Counted from the whole stretch's first letter, positions 34,631 to 48,720 are shown. The stretch: 61,822 nucleotides of DNA, filler included, from Sphacelaria rigidula (GCA_964200075.2; 11 parts of 11 records of this genome joined end to end with filler, not necessarily neighbours in it), one strand, 5' to 3'. The notes: a model not told the origin generated them from the sequence alone. Translations and numbers: made by a program.

Positions 34631-37600
34631 AAAGGATAGTGTTCACAAGGCTGTTATTTCTTTCCCGACATGTCCCACTTCTTCAGGGAAGAAAACTCCT
34701 CTCTGGAAAATGAGATCTCAGATTTTTCAACCAGGCCAAGCAATAGTCAGAAAGAACCATGCAGCTCCGCATGAAAAGCACCTTGAGAAGAGTATGCATC
34801 GTCAATTATGCGGTATGCAACATGACAACGCGAAGTTGACCACGTGCTCTCCTCGAAAAAAACACCATTTAAAGGTTGTGGGGATTTGTCGCCGCCGCCA
34901 CAGGTCGGCACCCACGGTCGGCACCGTGATCACGCTGTATGCAACCTGTGCAGGGTTCAAGGTTTGGACACGAACACAACCACTCTGTCGTCTCCAATGC
35001 CGCAGCCAACAGCACTGTAGAGTACGGGATGAAGTAGGCGTCGATCCCGGTGGAGTGCCTTGGACTGGCCCACGATATTAGTGCACTCGCGCTTTTACCG
35101 TGACAAATACCCCGGTCATTGCGTGCAGATCAGCGTGAGATACCTTTGTCGAGCCAGCCGTTGCCGTTCGTGGCGCCCCCATCGCTTCAGGGTCATAACC
35201 TCGGCCATTATGGCGCCCTGTACCTTCGGCAAAGCTGTACCGTACCCTCTCCAACTTGTTCACAACCACATGACGTGTCACTTGGTTGCATGGGGAAATA
35301 CTCCGCAAAAGCTCCGCGAAAACGGTGTTCCTGAACCACCGAGAATTCACGTAAAAGCCTGGTACCACCTTACTGCAACTTGATACTGGGAGAAGATGGC
35401 CATAACGACCACCTCCATGGGTATCAGATTTATCCAATGCGTTCTCGTCTTGTTTGTAATGGGACGTAGACCCTCGCCAGGTGGCTTTGCAGCGGTCCTT
35501 CGCAGAACCCACAGTTTGCGCGAGAGGATCTGTCTGTCGAGCTGTCGCGCGAGGCGAAGTGGCAACGTTGAGTCAAGCGCCCTCAACATATAGCGGGGCC
35601 CAAACGGTGCTTGTTACATGTGTTTCATGACACAGTCAGCAGGATCCGCTACTGCCTCCTCGCCGGCTTGTCATAATACCCTCAATGATCATCATCGGAC
35701 ACAATGTAGCAAAAAAAAGAAAAAGAGTCATGATGATGACCACCGTTTTAACCAACGCAGCGCCCTCATCGCCTCGCGACACCGAACCTGTCGCTTTGAC
35801 ACCCACCTGTGGTATCACCCAAAATATACTCACAGTTTGAGCATCATCACACATAAGGTATGCATTGTCTCAGCGCCCAACCTTCCAAAATACCTCCTCC
35901 ATCTTACGAATCGAAAAGTAGCAAGACCGAAAATATTGCGCGAAAGTCAGTGCAGTGTGGTGAGACCCTGTCCACAACAGTACAAGCCATGAAGGACAGA
36001 TTATTCATTACCCAAGACGCAGTGTCGTCCGGACGACGAACTTGTGCGCACACCCTACTGCATTACAAAAAGCACACGCGCATGACTCGCAGATGTAGGA
36101 GTCGCTGTTTCTACATGAGTTTGGCGACCTTAAAAGCATGACTTGTTCTCAGACACCGCGGAGGTGATTCAAACGAAAAGGTGATTTTGGAGAGGCTGGT
36201 TTATCTGTATCATTGGAGACAAAACACCCCGCAGCAGAAGCGTACCTTGGCGTATGGAATGAGCAGGACAGTACCGTAGAGAGAGGATTGCAAGCCAAGC
36301 TCACACAAACTGGCGATTTACCTGGCTGGTCTAAACAACGAGTAGGCATCGCACGCGCTACCGTACAGTACCGTGCCGCTCTAATGCTCAGCACTGTACT
36401 GCACTGCACTACTGTACTGAAGACCAATTTCTTTGGACTGAACTACACAGTTGTCTTGGGGAACTCAAGCTAGACGTGATGGACCGCAAGTGGGCATCGA
36501 TCAGCGGCTGCTAAATGACCGCGTGTCGATCGCCTCCTGTTGGGTACGGTATATACTGGTACAGTAATGACACTACTGTACACTGCATCCAGCTTCATAT
36601 GCCATAGCTGTTGTGTATCATGCTATGTGTCATCATCACGCCGACAACTAACCTGGACCGATCAGACAGGAACACTAGCAGCATGTGCTGCACCGCAGGT
36701 AGCTGCAGCAGAGGTTGGACTAGCCGGACGGTCTCCGAAGAGCACATGCTGAGGGCTGACTTGATCTCGACCATCTGCCGGCTTTCTTTCCCTGTCGACA
36801 TGATACCGCGCTATATCTTGCACCACCCTGCCAGAGATAGCGATACCGCAAGTGCTGTGTTGAGGATGGGGCACTTCCCTTGGTCTGCAATTCTTGTTTC
36901 AAGTACGTATCGTTCAGTGTTGTCACGGCCAGTGACTGGCAGTTGCTGCTATTGTCGTGTTCCCCAATTGCTGTGCGCAATTCGATAGAGGAATGGCACT
37001 GCAGGGCGCCCGCGTTAGTAGAATCATCTTCGATTATCGGTAACAATATATATGGAATTTTGTTAGAATGCACAAGGTATGTAAGTAAAGCCCCTTTTCC
37101 AACGATGTTTCCTCCAATCCGTCAGGTTTCGGTTGATGTATAGCATCGTAATCCGTTACGTGGATACACCTACCCCCTATCGCACTTTCCGCACTGCTCC
37201 GTCCACATTGACATCGAAAACGACCCCGAAACTCAGGGAAGTAGATAGAATAGCGATGCGTAATACTAAGCTGGAACACTGTGTCTTTATCGTTCGGGGT
37301 GGAAGAAGAAAACAGGGTCGGCAACAGCAGGATGTCGAGTGGTCGAGGCAAAACGCGCGGAAAACGCTTCGAGACACAACTTCCAGCTTCCTATTTCGAG
37401 GGAGATCTTGCATGCCATTTTTGACACAAGCTGGGATGGTCAACAGGTGACATGCATGGACTATGGACTATAGAGAATGCAGTATCTAATGCTGTGTATT
37501 ACTGCTCTGTACTGCCTGCATGTTGTAATGCAATGTCCTGTACTTTTAGCATTAGATATCTCTGGTTGATCAGGGATCTGGGGGTCTAACAGTGCTGGTA

Positions 37601-40600
37601 TGTGCTGTGTCCCGCGATATTGATATGCCCCTGTTTCGTACCATAATATTATACGAGTGGCCCAAGATCGATCATTGGCGAGCTGGTATCTACCGTCTGT
37701 GCCGTCATCGATCGCCGAGAGTCAGGGTGTATCTTTGTGGTTCGAACAGCATGGCGACGGGGTGCTGCAAACGCAGGCTTTAGGATAATGGCAGGCGACC
37801 GATCTTCCTTCTTGTTATTAAGTTTGAGCATGATCCTCTGATGAACCTCAATGCTGCTTCAACGCGTGACCGAGGGCTTCAATCATTTCGGTAGCCACAG
37901 GTGGGATGTGTCCCGTTGCAACGTGTCGGCATTTCTGGGAGAGATTTTTTTTTGTTCTTTGCTTTGTTTGGTACATCCGACAACGTCAGTGGCCCCCACA
38001 CCAGAACTATGGCCACAACTATAATATGTGTCTCGGACACTATGTTCCCCCTCACACAAGAGAAGTCTGGTTAATTTGCCCGATTCGCTGGTGCCCGAGG
38101 TTTCGAAAAATATCTCTGCACGAAGATCGAGAACCGGAAACAATGAGAACATGGTATGTCAGGTGTCAGATGACACTACTTGAAGGTTTTCCGTCTCGTC
38201 CTATACTCAAACCATATTTCCACCCAAGTTGGTTGGGTTCTTATCCAGAGGTCGTTTCCGAGAAACCTCGGGGCAGAGATAATAAAGCCTCCCCAGGGAG
38301 GTGATGATCCGCGTCCCAGGCACGCGGTACCGTGTCCAGATTAGGCGATGCGGTACTTCCTGTTCTGGTACCGTACGATGTCAAATCCCGCCGAAACAAG
38401 AAAAAACTTAGACAAGCAATGAAACCGGGGTTAGGTTACGCGAGCTCTCACAAGAGACCGAGACAGGGACGGAAGGGGCGCGGGGGGGGAGGGAGGGGGG
38501 TAGATAAAGAGAAAGAGACAGCGAAAGAGAGACTGAAAAAGAGAGAGGTGGACAAAGAGACGTATTCATACAGTGCGCAGAAGTAAGTAGCAGAAATGTG
38601 TATAGACACGGGGAAAAAATGCACACACACATGAGTACCGCGATAATACATCACCTGAGTGTTTCACCGAAAGATGTACCTATTTTTCTCAATTTCCGAC
38701 TCGAAATGATCATTTCCACGGTTGGTTGCGTCCAGAAAGCTCCGGTCCTTCCATCCCGGAAGGTTGTACGCGCAAAACCACGGCTGAGTGGCCCCTAGCA
38801 CATGAGCAGCACGGATGGACACCACTCTAAGAGTGCAGCTAGCCGTCAAAAACACAAAATGTGCGGCAGGTGACGGCATCTCAGCCAATTTATTCTTGAT
38901 CAAACCAGCTGCTTGGCAAATGCAAGCAGGAGTTTCATTCATGTCAAGAGGTACTTCCATCGGTTGCGGTGAAAACACAGGTTCCGTTGTACCGAAGTTC
39001 TGTTCGTTAAAGGGTATGTGCAGGGCGCCAACAGGCAGCAAAGTACCAACACGCGATTGCCGACGAATACAGCGGGTGGGGGTGAGCAGAAAGAAAATCC
39101 TTTGGTCACGTTTGACCCAAATCTTCAATGAGATCCAGCGACTGTTCTTGCAGGAGTGGTCGTGGGTTCAAGCTTTCATGCTCGTACAAGTTTTGCGCGG
39201 CAGGACAGACTGTAATGCGTGAGAGTACCGCGTGCTTAGAGGACCGCATCGGAATTTGAACACCCCTATGGTTAGGGTTAGGGTTAGGGTTTAGTGTTGG
39301 GGTTAGNNNNNNNNNNNNNNNNNNNNNNNNNNNNNNNNNNNNNNNNNNNNTTAATTAATTAANNNNNNNNNNNNNNNNNNNNNNNNNNNNNNNNNNNNNN
39401 NNNNNNATGCGAGGTCAATGGTCTGATGACTATGGCAAGCATGATCATGAGTGCACCCCCCCCTCTTCCTGCCAGGAATCTTGGATACCCACAATATCTA
39501 GGCCGCGCTTGCTTACGTGTTCGGCTATCTCCATTCTTTTGCGCTCGTCCGTGATGAACCCACACATGTTTCATTATCGTATTCTCCGCTTCTTTTTCGA
39601 ATCACTATTTACCCTTCTTTTCTCTATTATTTTCTCATCGGTTCTACTTTTCTTCTTCCTTACTTGAGTTATTTTTTCGTTTCCCGTTCGGTTCTTGTCT
39701 GCTTGCTTCGGGCCGCCATTTCCCCCCTCTTTCCCTTACTGGCACTTACTTTTTCCCGCTCCCTCTTTCCTCCGTTTACCCGAGGGCTACGTTTTACATT
39801 CGCTATTCCATTGGCTATGCATACTCTCTACGTTACATCTTACCCTTTTAAACCATGGCAAAAAGATATCGCTTCTTGCTCGCTACACCACGATAGAGCG
39901 TGACACGGAAGTGTTCTTCCTCCCTTTCTACTTTTCCCATTGCCAAACGGCATAGCTCTACTTTATCGCAATTACTCTTCAAGTCTAATGTCGTCAAATC
40001 ACTATGGACTCCAAATACGCACTTGAAAAACTTTACCCATCCATTATATATTGTGCTGTAGGTCTTGACGTTTGTGTAATGCATTATCCACTCCTCACCC
40101 TTTCAAACGCTTGCGCATCTGATGTCGGGGATTTCAGGATCATGTCTGACCAGATTTCCATCGCCCGATGGAAATTGCTTTGATTCTCACCGCGAGACCT
40201 AACCTTCATGGTGACGTTACTCCATCTGTACTCGTTTTACATTTCTCATGCTTTTTACTTTGCGTGCAAGGTGGTCAACCTTCAAGCTATTAGTTGCATG
40301 TCTGGGTTTTGGTCGTTGTTTCATGTCTTACCTTTGTTGCGATATGGGGGGAAACATTGCGACTGTTTCTCGTTTTGGTACGGAGAAACATAAATGGTTT
40401 CATTACTTCATGTCCGTTCGGTCGGTGTTCTGGTCAATGCAAAGAAAAAATGGTTGACTTCTTTATTTCATGTCTACACTTAATCTGTGTCCTAGTTGGT
40501 ACAAATAAAGGTTGTCTTCGTTATTTCATGTCTATATCAGGTCTGTATTACGGCAATTTTTTATATTGCCTAGTGTCGGCCTCTAGTACACATATGGCGA

Positions 40601-41536
40601 CAGCCTGTACATTTCGTGTCAACGTTCTCGTGGTTTGTTTGTACAGTGTCGTTGCCGCTCGACGTCATCTCACGATTCTAGAGGGAAGGGGAACTGTCGT
40701 TCAGGGGGAACCGTTTGGAATCTCCCGTGAACCGACCGTTGCATTCCTTCGAATGTGCGTCAGACATCAACTTTGTCTCAAGCGTAATTCGACCAGTTCG
40801 CAAGAAGAACGAATGGGAAATACATTGTATTCTGCTTTGCGGACAACGCGCAGGATTGTGGTAATTTCCAGCGCATCTTTATTCCCGCTTGAAAAACTGC
40901 TGATACCAGGTACCCCCACGTACCACCGTACCCAGCAACATCTGTTTTCTCCGCATGATATGCGTCATGCCAACATGGGGCGTGGCCCAATATGAGTGGT
41001 CTGTGGCCAGCTGGTGTGAATGCAGTCTGTAGTCCCGTGGTCCAGGGACGGGTCACCATGCCCATATCTGTTCGGTTATACTCGCAATCCACGCAACACA
41101 GGATGAAGCTGGACGCCTCGTCTCTCGCAAAATAAACCCGACCTCTCGCCCGTTCGCTGCAGATTTATGAGACAATCACGTTCTCGTAGCGTGGAACGGT
41201 CACGACAAACCCCCGCATACCAATCGTGACTGCTCCTCAACAAGGCGCGCTGAGGTCCTCCCCGCTTTGTGAGGAAGCCAAGCACAGCATGACCGAGGGC
41301 CAGGCGGGCTAAACGAGCGAGCCTACGACTGGGGGAAACTCCCGCCTCGTGGGGGGGGGAGGGGTAGTACGAGGTAAAACAGGGGCGCCCCTTCGTGGTT
41401 GCTATTTTACTCACGTCGACAGCGAAAAATGATCCCAGATGCGTTGGGTGGGCGTGATAAATATGTATGAACACGGTGAACGGTCAACAATGTTTGTGCC
41501 ATTTTCCCAGGCCAACGGGTTGACCACTTTTCTCAC

Positions 41537-41864
41537 CAGAAACCCCTCGAAGGATGCCTGGTAGCTGGCGGTAGTGATCACATCAGCTCCCGCCCGCAAG
41601 TAGGCCAGGTGCGCATCGAAGATGAGGGACGGCTTGTCATGCAGAAGAGCGGCGGACCACAGGTGTCCCGTTAGGTCTGCTCCCTGTGACGTCATCAAGC
41701 AAAAGCGGCGAGTGTACCGGGCGGCGCGTCAGCGCGGTGATGGCCAGCGTAACACCAACTGTGAAAAGTGCGGCAAAATCGACAGCTGCAAAGTGTGATG
41801 ATCCGCAGTTTACCTCAGCTGTCTCTGTAATAGTTGTCTCTGCAACTGCAAGGAAGACCGCCAT
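41537..41864 (-). pseudogene. Homocysteine S-methyltransferase (MmuM/HMT family), 5' exon, frameshifted
   Basis: [50 protein letters not shown] ending at donor GTGAGA. The upstream PLLLD is in another frame and the GGxxTEL segment is missing. Confidence 0.8.
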
Positions 41865-44823
41865 TTGTAACCAACTTGCGCAAACACGGACTTTTCCTGG
41901 CCTAAGTTCATGTGCTGTCATCAGCGCATTAAACACCTGCAGAGACTTCGCCATCAAGGGCTTAGCCCCCTGAACGCCCGCACCCCTTGTTAGAGACGCT
42001 AAACGGATGGGCGTTGGGGGGAGATTCGGAATAATTCTTGCCCATGGCGGAGAAACGGCGTCGACGGTACACAGAAGGGACCGTTGCCACGCATATTGCC
42101 ACGTATCGAGATTGCTCGTGAATTTCCCAGAAGTAGCGGCATGTTGCCCTGGCCGCGCGTACAGCGGGAAAGTATAGCGGTGGTCGATTGCCCCAGCAGT
42201 ACGTTTAGTCATGCATGTACGAAGATGTCAGCACACACAGCGGAATGATACACCACCAGAAAGTGAATCTTTCTTCGTCCATCCATGTCTCTTCCCCCGC
42301 GCCCTACAGCCCACTCCCCGCCCCGTCACTCCTCCACCCACGTCTTAGACAAAGGTGGCTCCCCCCAAAACCAACAACGCGAGAGGGAAGGCCAAGTCTG
42401 TATAGAAAGAACCAGTTATTGTCGGCACCGTGGCCCTCCTCGACGACGAAGCGAAAGCCTTCTTCGCTACACTATCCGAGTACGACAAAGATGCCCTTAT
42501 CTCGCTCGACGGCGATACTTTCCAAACCGTCATCGAAGAAATGATGGATGATGAACAGTCTCGCGACAAGCCGCCTTCTCCCATGAAGAGAAACGGAGGA
42601 AGATCGTGTTTACAAGCAACTGGCCGTCTTTCAGATCCGGGCGGATCACGACGGCTGCATCGTCTGCGGCAACCTGACCCTCACGTGGTTCAAGTTCAAT
42701 TACCTATGCTCCAAGGGGGACCTGGACGAACAGCAGTTGCCGCTGCCCACCTAGTATCATCCTCCAAATCGAAGTCTTGAGTAAGAACCCCCAGCCTTTG
42801 GTGTCCATGTACAAGGATAATCTGCATCTAGTATCATACTCCAAAGCGTACCTGACAAGGGGGCAACACCCCCGTACAGACAGTACCAATGCTAGCGGAT
42901 CCTACGTCCTGACAGTCTGTGACAGTCTGGCAGCCGGCAAGATGGTTATGGTAGTGTTCTTCGAAATGCATCAGCACCTGCGCAAACAATAAATTTCCGA
43001 CAAATATCTGTCAACTACCAAGTGGTGAAGTCACCTCGATTTGAGTATGAAAATATATGTAGATCATCCTTGTACATGGGCACGAAACGCTGGGCTTCTC
43101 ACTCAAGACTTCGATTTGGAGGATGATACCAGGTAGGCAGCGGCAACAGCTGTGTGTAGGTGTCCCTTGGAGCAGGATGCGTTTGGTGTCTGTTTGACGA
43201 AGTTATCTCCAAAAGACCGAAATCGATAAGGGTTTTAGACTGCAAAAATCTAGCAAAGAAACTGTCGCAAGAACCCGACCGAAAGAATCTCGTCGAAAAA
43301 AACTATCGCAAGAATCCGATCGCAAGAATCAGGATGCAAGAACCCTCACGCAAAAACGGAGTCGCAAAAAACCACTCAGTCGAATTTTTACCCGCAGCAG
43401 AAACCAAATTCGAAAACATTATGAGAAGCTCGTGTACGGGTGTGTGCGGGCATTATTACACACTCATCCCAGTATAAACCGCGTGGACGGGTATGAACGA
43501 TAAGTGAAAGTGAATATGAAAAATACCGGAGCGTTGGGTGCCCGGGGAGCAACTGTCCTCGTGCAGGATACAAAGATGAGTGGAAGTTCTCGCAGACGAG
43601 CTCAGTACATGATCGCGGCTGTGTGTTGGCTGGCTCAGTGGACGCGTTGTCAGACGTTAGTCGCATTTTTAGCTTGTTGCGTTGACGATTCAGGGCAAAA
43701 TCAGAGTCTGCGTCCCGTTTTCTGCTTTGGGTGCACACGACATACAGTATGTTGCCTTGCACCGGCAATTTTCTGCGTCGGAAGCTTCCAACTCCGGAAT
43801 AAGACAACACAACGTCAGCATTCAGCGCCGTATTGCACTAGACGTCGTTTTATCATCTTCCTTGTGTGCAAGAAGCCGGTTCACCCACCCACCGGCAGTC
43901 AGCGCCGTGAACTATCTGTTCTTGATGTAGTTATGCATTGTCTGTACTACAGCATAGATTACTTGCGCGAAGCAATCATTTGCTTCGGATACGTTCGCGC
44001 CAGGAATCGATGTCACGTTGTCGGCATTCAGCACCGAACTGCATTAGACTTCGTTTCACGTTCCTTCTTGTGTGCGAGAGATTGTCGGTGCGCCCACCAG
44101 TAGTAGGCGCCGTATACAGTTGCACTAGACTTCGCTTTTACGGTACTTCTTCTTTGCGAGGATGTGTTCGTTCGTGCGCCGTATCGTACGTCCTGGAAAT
44201 AAAGCCGGTCCAGTTGTTGTCAGAGGTACATATCTCGAACTCGAGTTGCCTGATATATTTGACTGTAAAGTACTGTGCAATTTACCGGGGATATCGATCT
44301 TGAGATCCCTCTTCAAAACTCGAAAAAATCTACGTAATGCCCGTCGGAAACATTGCGGGACCACCGCGATCACGCGCCCGTTCAAACGGTCGCGAACGCA
44401 TGTGTACCCCCGCACAAAATGTAGCACGAATCCGCGTGCCGGACTCCTGGCATTGACATTGATCCGAACAGTCATCTCCCGGGGCGGGTGCGGAGGAACT
44501 TACACACTAAAAACAGCCTAAATCTCGTGGAGGCCTTGTTACAAAGTATGCTTTACGCTCGTGAGTTCCAAATATTCTAAATGTATACCATATGTGGGAA
44601 CCACCACATAGAAGGGACAAAGTCCCACTTTTAACGAAAAAAAATCAAATCAACGGTATCAGTTGCGGTCATGCCGCGTTACCATCGCCACAAGAGAGTG
44701 CTTGACTACATGCCGTGTCCCTTAGCCTGAAAACGATACCAAGCAAATCGGAACAAAATCGTACAGCGCCCACTATTGTATGTTCTTCAGAAACTTATAT
44801 ATATATATACATACAACAACAAC

Positions 44824-44935
44824 CGCCAGGCATTCGGAATTGACCGCGCCCTTTGGACATCAGCAGCAAAGAAGGAGGGGGGGTTGCCGTGGCACGCGGG
44901 AGTGCTGCAGGGAACGAAGAGGTTCATGACCTCAT
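44824..44935 (+). mobile_element. 5'-truncated RTE-like LINE, ORF C-terminus
   Basis: RQAFGIDRALWTSAAKKEGGLPWHAGVLQGTKRFMTS fits the FGI...W...A...W...V..G...F end pattern of RTE-type ORFs. Confidence 0.6.
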
Positions 44936-45904
44936 NNNNNNNNNNNNNNNNNNNNNNNNNNNNNNNNNNNNNNNNNNNNTTAATTAATTAANNNNNNNNN
45001 NNNNNNNNNNNNNNNNNNNNNNNNNNNNNNNNNNNATCATCGGGGGCTACCTCGTCCCCAAACCCCTCTCGACCCGTGTCGCGTCTGGCCCTCAGCCACC
45101 TTTGCTCGAATCCCGGCCCACCTACGACCAGATCCCCGAGAGTGATCGCGATAGGTTGCTTCGCGGTGAGCCTTCCTTTCTTCTCTCGACTCTCTTGCAC
45201 ACTGGCTATTACAACATGCTGCGTATCATCTGCACCGCCTGTCGCAGCGGTAATATACGAGTCTCTGGGGCCGTTGTGCGGTATTTTCGACCTGATCACC
45301 ATCATAACCCCCTCCCCGCCCGTATCCCATTCCAAATGGTAGAATGGGCACGTGTCTAAGACCTCCAAATACAGTGCCGCTTCCGGCTGGCAGGCTTCCC
45401 TGCCTGGTTCTACGAGGCGCCTGAGGTTTCTGTTGGATGCGACCAAGACCATGCGGATACATTGCTGATGCAGGATTTCGCGAGGTATCGAATCCACAGC
45501 CTCTCTAGGCGTGTTGTATACCCTGCACTTTCCCCACAAGGGAATTTCAGGGTATACGATCTTCTGCTGGCCGGGCTTCTTGATGAGGAACAGCTCGTTC
45601 ATCTGATTGAACGTCGAACGCTGCGACCGAAATCAACGGTGGACAAGGTAGAGACGGCCGGCGGCACCGAACATGAGAAAGGCAATGCGGGATACGGAGG
45701 AGAGGCGGTGGTTAGAATCAGCGCTCAGACAGGGGTCTCAAAACCACGATGTATAGTTGTTGCCGAAACCACATGTACCCCGGGCATCGCGATGTGGACG
45801 CGCCCATAAACGGATCCGAAAAAAACTGTTTTTTCACGAAGTGCGGTAAAGCGGGAGGGAAAAAAAGTCGATACGAGGCAGTAAAAAAAAACTACATCTC
45901 CGAC

Positions 45905-46356
45905 GGTGCACGAGAAAACAAAAATGCGCACCCATGTCCCACTTTTTTTTTTAACCTCTCAGGGGGGTATGGGGGGGGGCGTACTCGTTTGTTGCTTGCC
46001 TTAGTCGTTTGACCATTGACCACGCATCTTTTTGAAGACGGAGTACCGTTCCTACTCCTAACAAAGACACCTCCAACATTCCGGCGCTCATTACGTTCCT
46101 TCAGCAGCTCACTACGTTTTTCCATACATTACACAAAAACCTTTAACATATCTTATCCCCGTTCTGTTTCGCCGTCTCTGGCCACTATCTCCTAGTATAG
46201 ATATCGTCTTCTCCCTACTGCTTAATGCATCAAACGATTGCATACCACCTTCGTTCACGTCCCGGATTTCCTCCTCTAGCACGTCCCGCGCCGTCCCGTT
46301 CGGTTAGGGGGGGAACGATTCATAGGTGTGCGGGGTTTTTTTTTCTCGTGCACCCC
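45905..46356. mobile_element. MITE with GGTGCACGAGAAAA TIRs
   Basis: Inverted ends with CGAC on both flanks. The interior (~45965-46105) matches ~25385-25525. Confidence 0.6.
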
Positions 46357-47604
46357 CGACATCCCTTCAAATCGTGAGACAGTCGCGTACATATCAGGAC
46401 GCAAACGGCGGTAAAGGGCGAGGGAAGAGAGGATTACGGGGTCACAGAGTCTTCATCGCCCCCCATGCAGCGCTGTTCTCACCTCCAGCTTGTAGCCGAA
46501 GGTCTGTGAAGCACCCGTCATGATTTTTTCGGTCGCGTCGCCTGGACCCCGAACCAGCAATCCTCCCGTGTCCGTGGGCAGCGCGGATGGGGTGGTGTCG
46601 GCCCCACGTACACCTCGCCGACTGATATCATACTGCCGGCAAAGGTGGCAGATGAGCACACCCGAGGTCGGAGTCATTGGTGCAAGCTACACCTGGCACA
46701 TCAGATATAAGTCGCGAGTGATCAAATCCGATCAAGTACCTGCACGTCGGCCAAAGACGCGGGCTAAGGATCGCGATACCTCGAGCAAGTATTTGATTTT
46801 TTCATTTTTTCCACTGTTTTAGGGCGTTCTATTACGGTAAAGACCATTTCTTCACGAGAACGCCTTGACCTCTACGAAAAAAAGAATGAAGGCCCATTTC
46901 GTTCTTCATTCGGCGCTCTTTTGTGGTTCTCCACACCAAAATTCGTCGCCAAGCGCTAAATGCATCGATCGGGAGTGTCATAGAGATTCTAGTATTGGCG
47001 CTATCCCCCTTAGGTATGGGAATTACCTGACATAGGATTTAACCAACGAGAAAAAATGGGCCCAAACTTTTGAGCAGACGGGCACCTTGCTTCGGCGATT
47101 GGTACGATATGTGGATCACGGCCCAACTCGTCTATGTCGATGAGATATTACTTATACAGCTCAAATCCGTTCTTAGGCTGGCCCAGCTCGTACAGCAGCA
47201 GTGTCAGCGGTTGGGCTCGGGATTTAGTCAGCCATATTTCCCGCAACGTTTGCGGTTGACCGTCTTACGATATCCTCCGACGTACTCTAGCACGCCACTC
47301 AGGCCGCTTCTTACGAGCTCGGCTAGCCTAGAGGGGGATTTGAAGTTTGCAGGCCCATGCTTCCGCCAATATTTGGAGTTGGACCCTGAAATTTAGTATT
47401 TACAACGAAAAGGGCATGAAAGAAAAAATGACCTCGGTACCAAGAGGGGACAAAAACAGTATTCCTGGACACACACCCCTAGTGAAGGAGAACGAAGGGA
47501 ACAGCAATATAACCGGACAAAACAGGTTCACGCGTGTGCATTTGGCCAGGGTATCACGTGTAGGGGACAGCCAGATATAAAGTCATGGACTCCCAAGGGA
47601 ATTC

Positions 47605-48000
47605 TGGCCCCATGTCAACCTGTTCGAACACACATGGGAAAGTCCTTGCCCCCTGTCAGCCTGTTCGGATAGCATGGGAAATCCTGGATGCCCGTCAACC
47701 TGTTCGAACGCGCATGGGAAAATCCTGGCCCCCTTGCCAACCTGTTCGAACGCGCATGGGAAAATCCTGGCCCCCTTGCCAACCTGTTCGAAAACACACG
47801 GGAAATCCTGGATCCATGGCAACCTGTTCGAACACGTATGAGAAGCTCCTGCCCCCCCGTCAACCTGTTCAAAAAAACATGGGAGGTCCTGGATCCCTGT
47901 CAACCTGTTCGAAAACATATGGGAAATCCTGGATCTCTGTCAACCTGTTTGCGCGCACAAGGGAAACTCCTGGCCCTCTGTCGACCTGTTCGAAAACATA
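47605..48000. repeat. Minisatellite, ~41-bp unit, about 10 copies
   Basis: caacctgttcgaa...catgggaaatcctgg repeated in tandem. Confidence 0.9.
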
Positions 48001-48236
48001 TGGTCTTGATATCTTGAGTCTTCGTCCTCACCCATTTTCCCGTATGCAATCAAATCCTATTTCTTCGCTGTATGGTGCAAGCATATATATATATACATAT
48101 ATATATATATGGTTCATAAAACTTTGTCGTTCATCCATTCGACGTCCGGCTTGTATGTTAGCAACTTGCATAGTCCCCACGGTAAACACACGAGCCGTTC
48201 ATTACAAACCAACAACTTTCATCAGATTATTTCCGG

Positions 48237-48488
48237 GAGTAATGCTACGATAGGGGTTGCACTTTTTGTTTTTGGGTCTCGTTTTTGTAGGAGCCCAAAT
48301 ATATGGGGCTTACTGTGCAACCCAAATCTCCGGGGACAGGACATGGAGATGCACACAGGGGTCTTTTCGTGAATCGGCATCATTTTCAGCCTTTTTCAAG
48401 TGAAAATGATGCCAACTCTCAAAAGGATTCGTGCGACACCCCGCGAAACGTTTTCGCTCAAAAGTGCAACCCTACCGTAGCATCACTC
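48237..48488. mobile_element. Sola-like MITE with 4-bp TSD CCGG
   Basis: GAGTAATGCTACGATAGGGGTTGCACTTTT...AAAAGTGCAACCCTACCGTAGCATCACTC, with CCGG at 48233-36 and 48489-92. Confidence 0.85.
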
Positions 48489-48575
48489 CCGGTGTAAATC
48501 TCGGCAAAGGAATGTGTGGAACCCATGGACTCTCAAGACCGGAAGGATGTAGCCCTGCCCCCGGGACGGTCATAG

Positions 48576-48720
48576 CGCGCACAGGTAGACGGTCATCTTC
48601 GAATTGATTGTCGGAGCACGCACATGTAGACGGTCATCTTCGAATGGATTGTCAGCGCGTGCACAAGTAGACGGTCATCTTCGAATTGATTGTCGGAGCG
48701 TGCACGAGTATAGACGGTCA
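48576..48720. repeat. ~41-bp tandem repeat, about 3.5 copies
   Basis: gcaca.gtagacggtcatcttcgaat.gattgtc repeated. Confidence 0.9.

Noticed and set aside
39269..39306. True telomere at a contig end
   Set aside because: Only about three perfect TTAGGG units, then degenerate; it fits the interstitial TAACCC repeat family.
47605..48000. Regularly spaced CAACCTGTTCGAA motif suggesting a CRISPR array
   Set aside because: The intervening sequences are similar to each other, so this is a minisatellite. No cas genes, and the context is eukaryotic.
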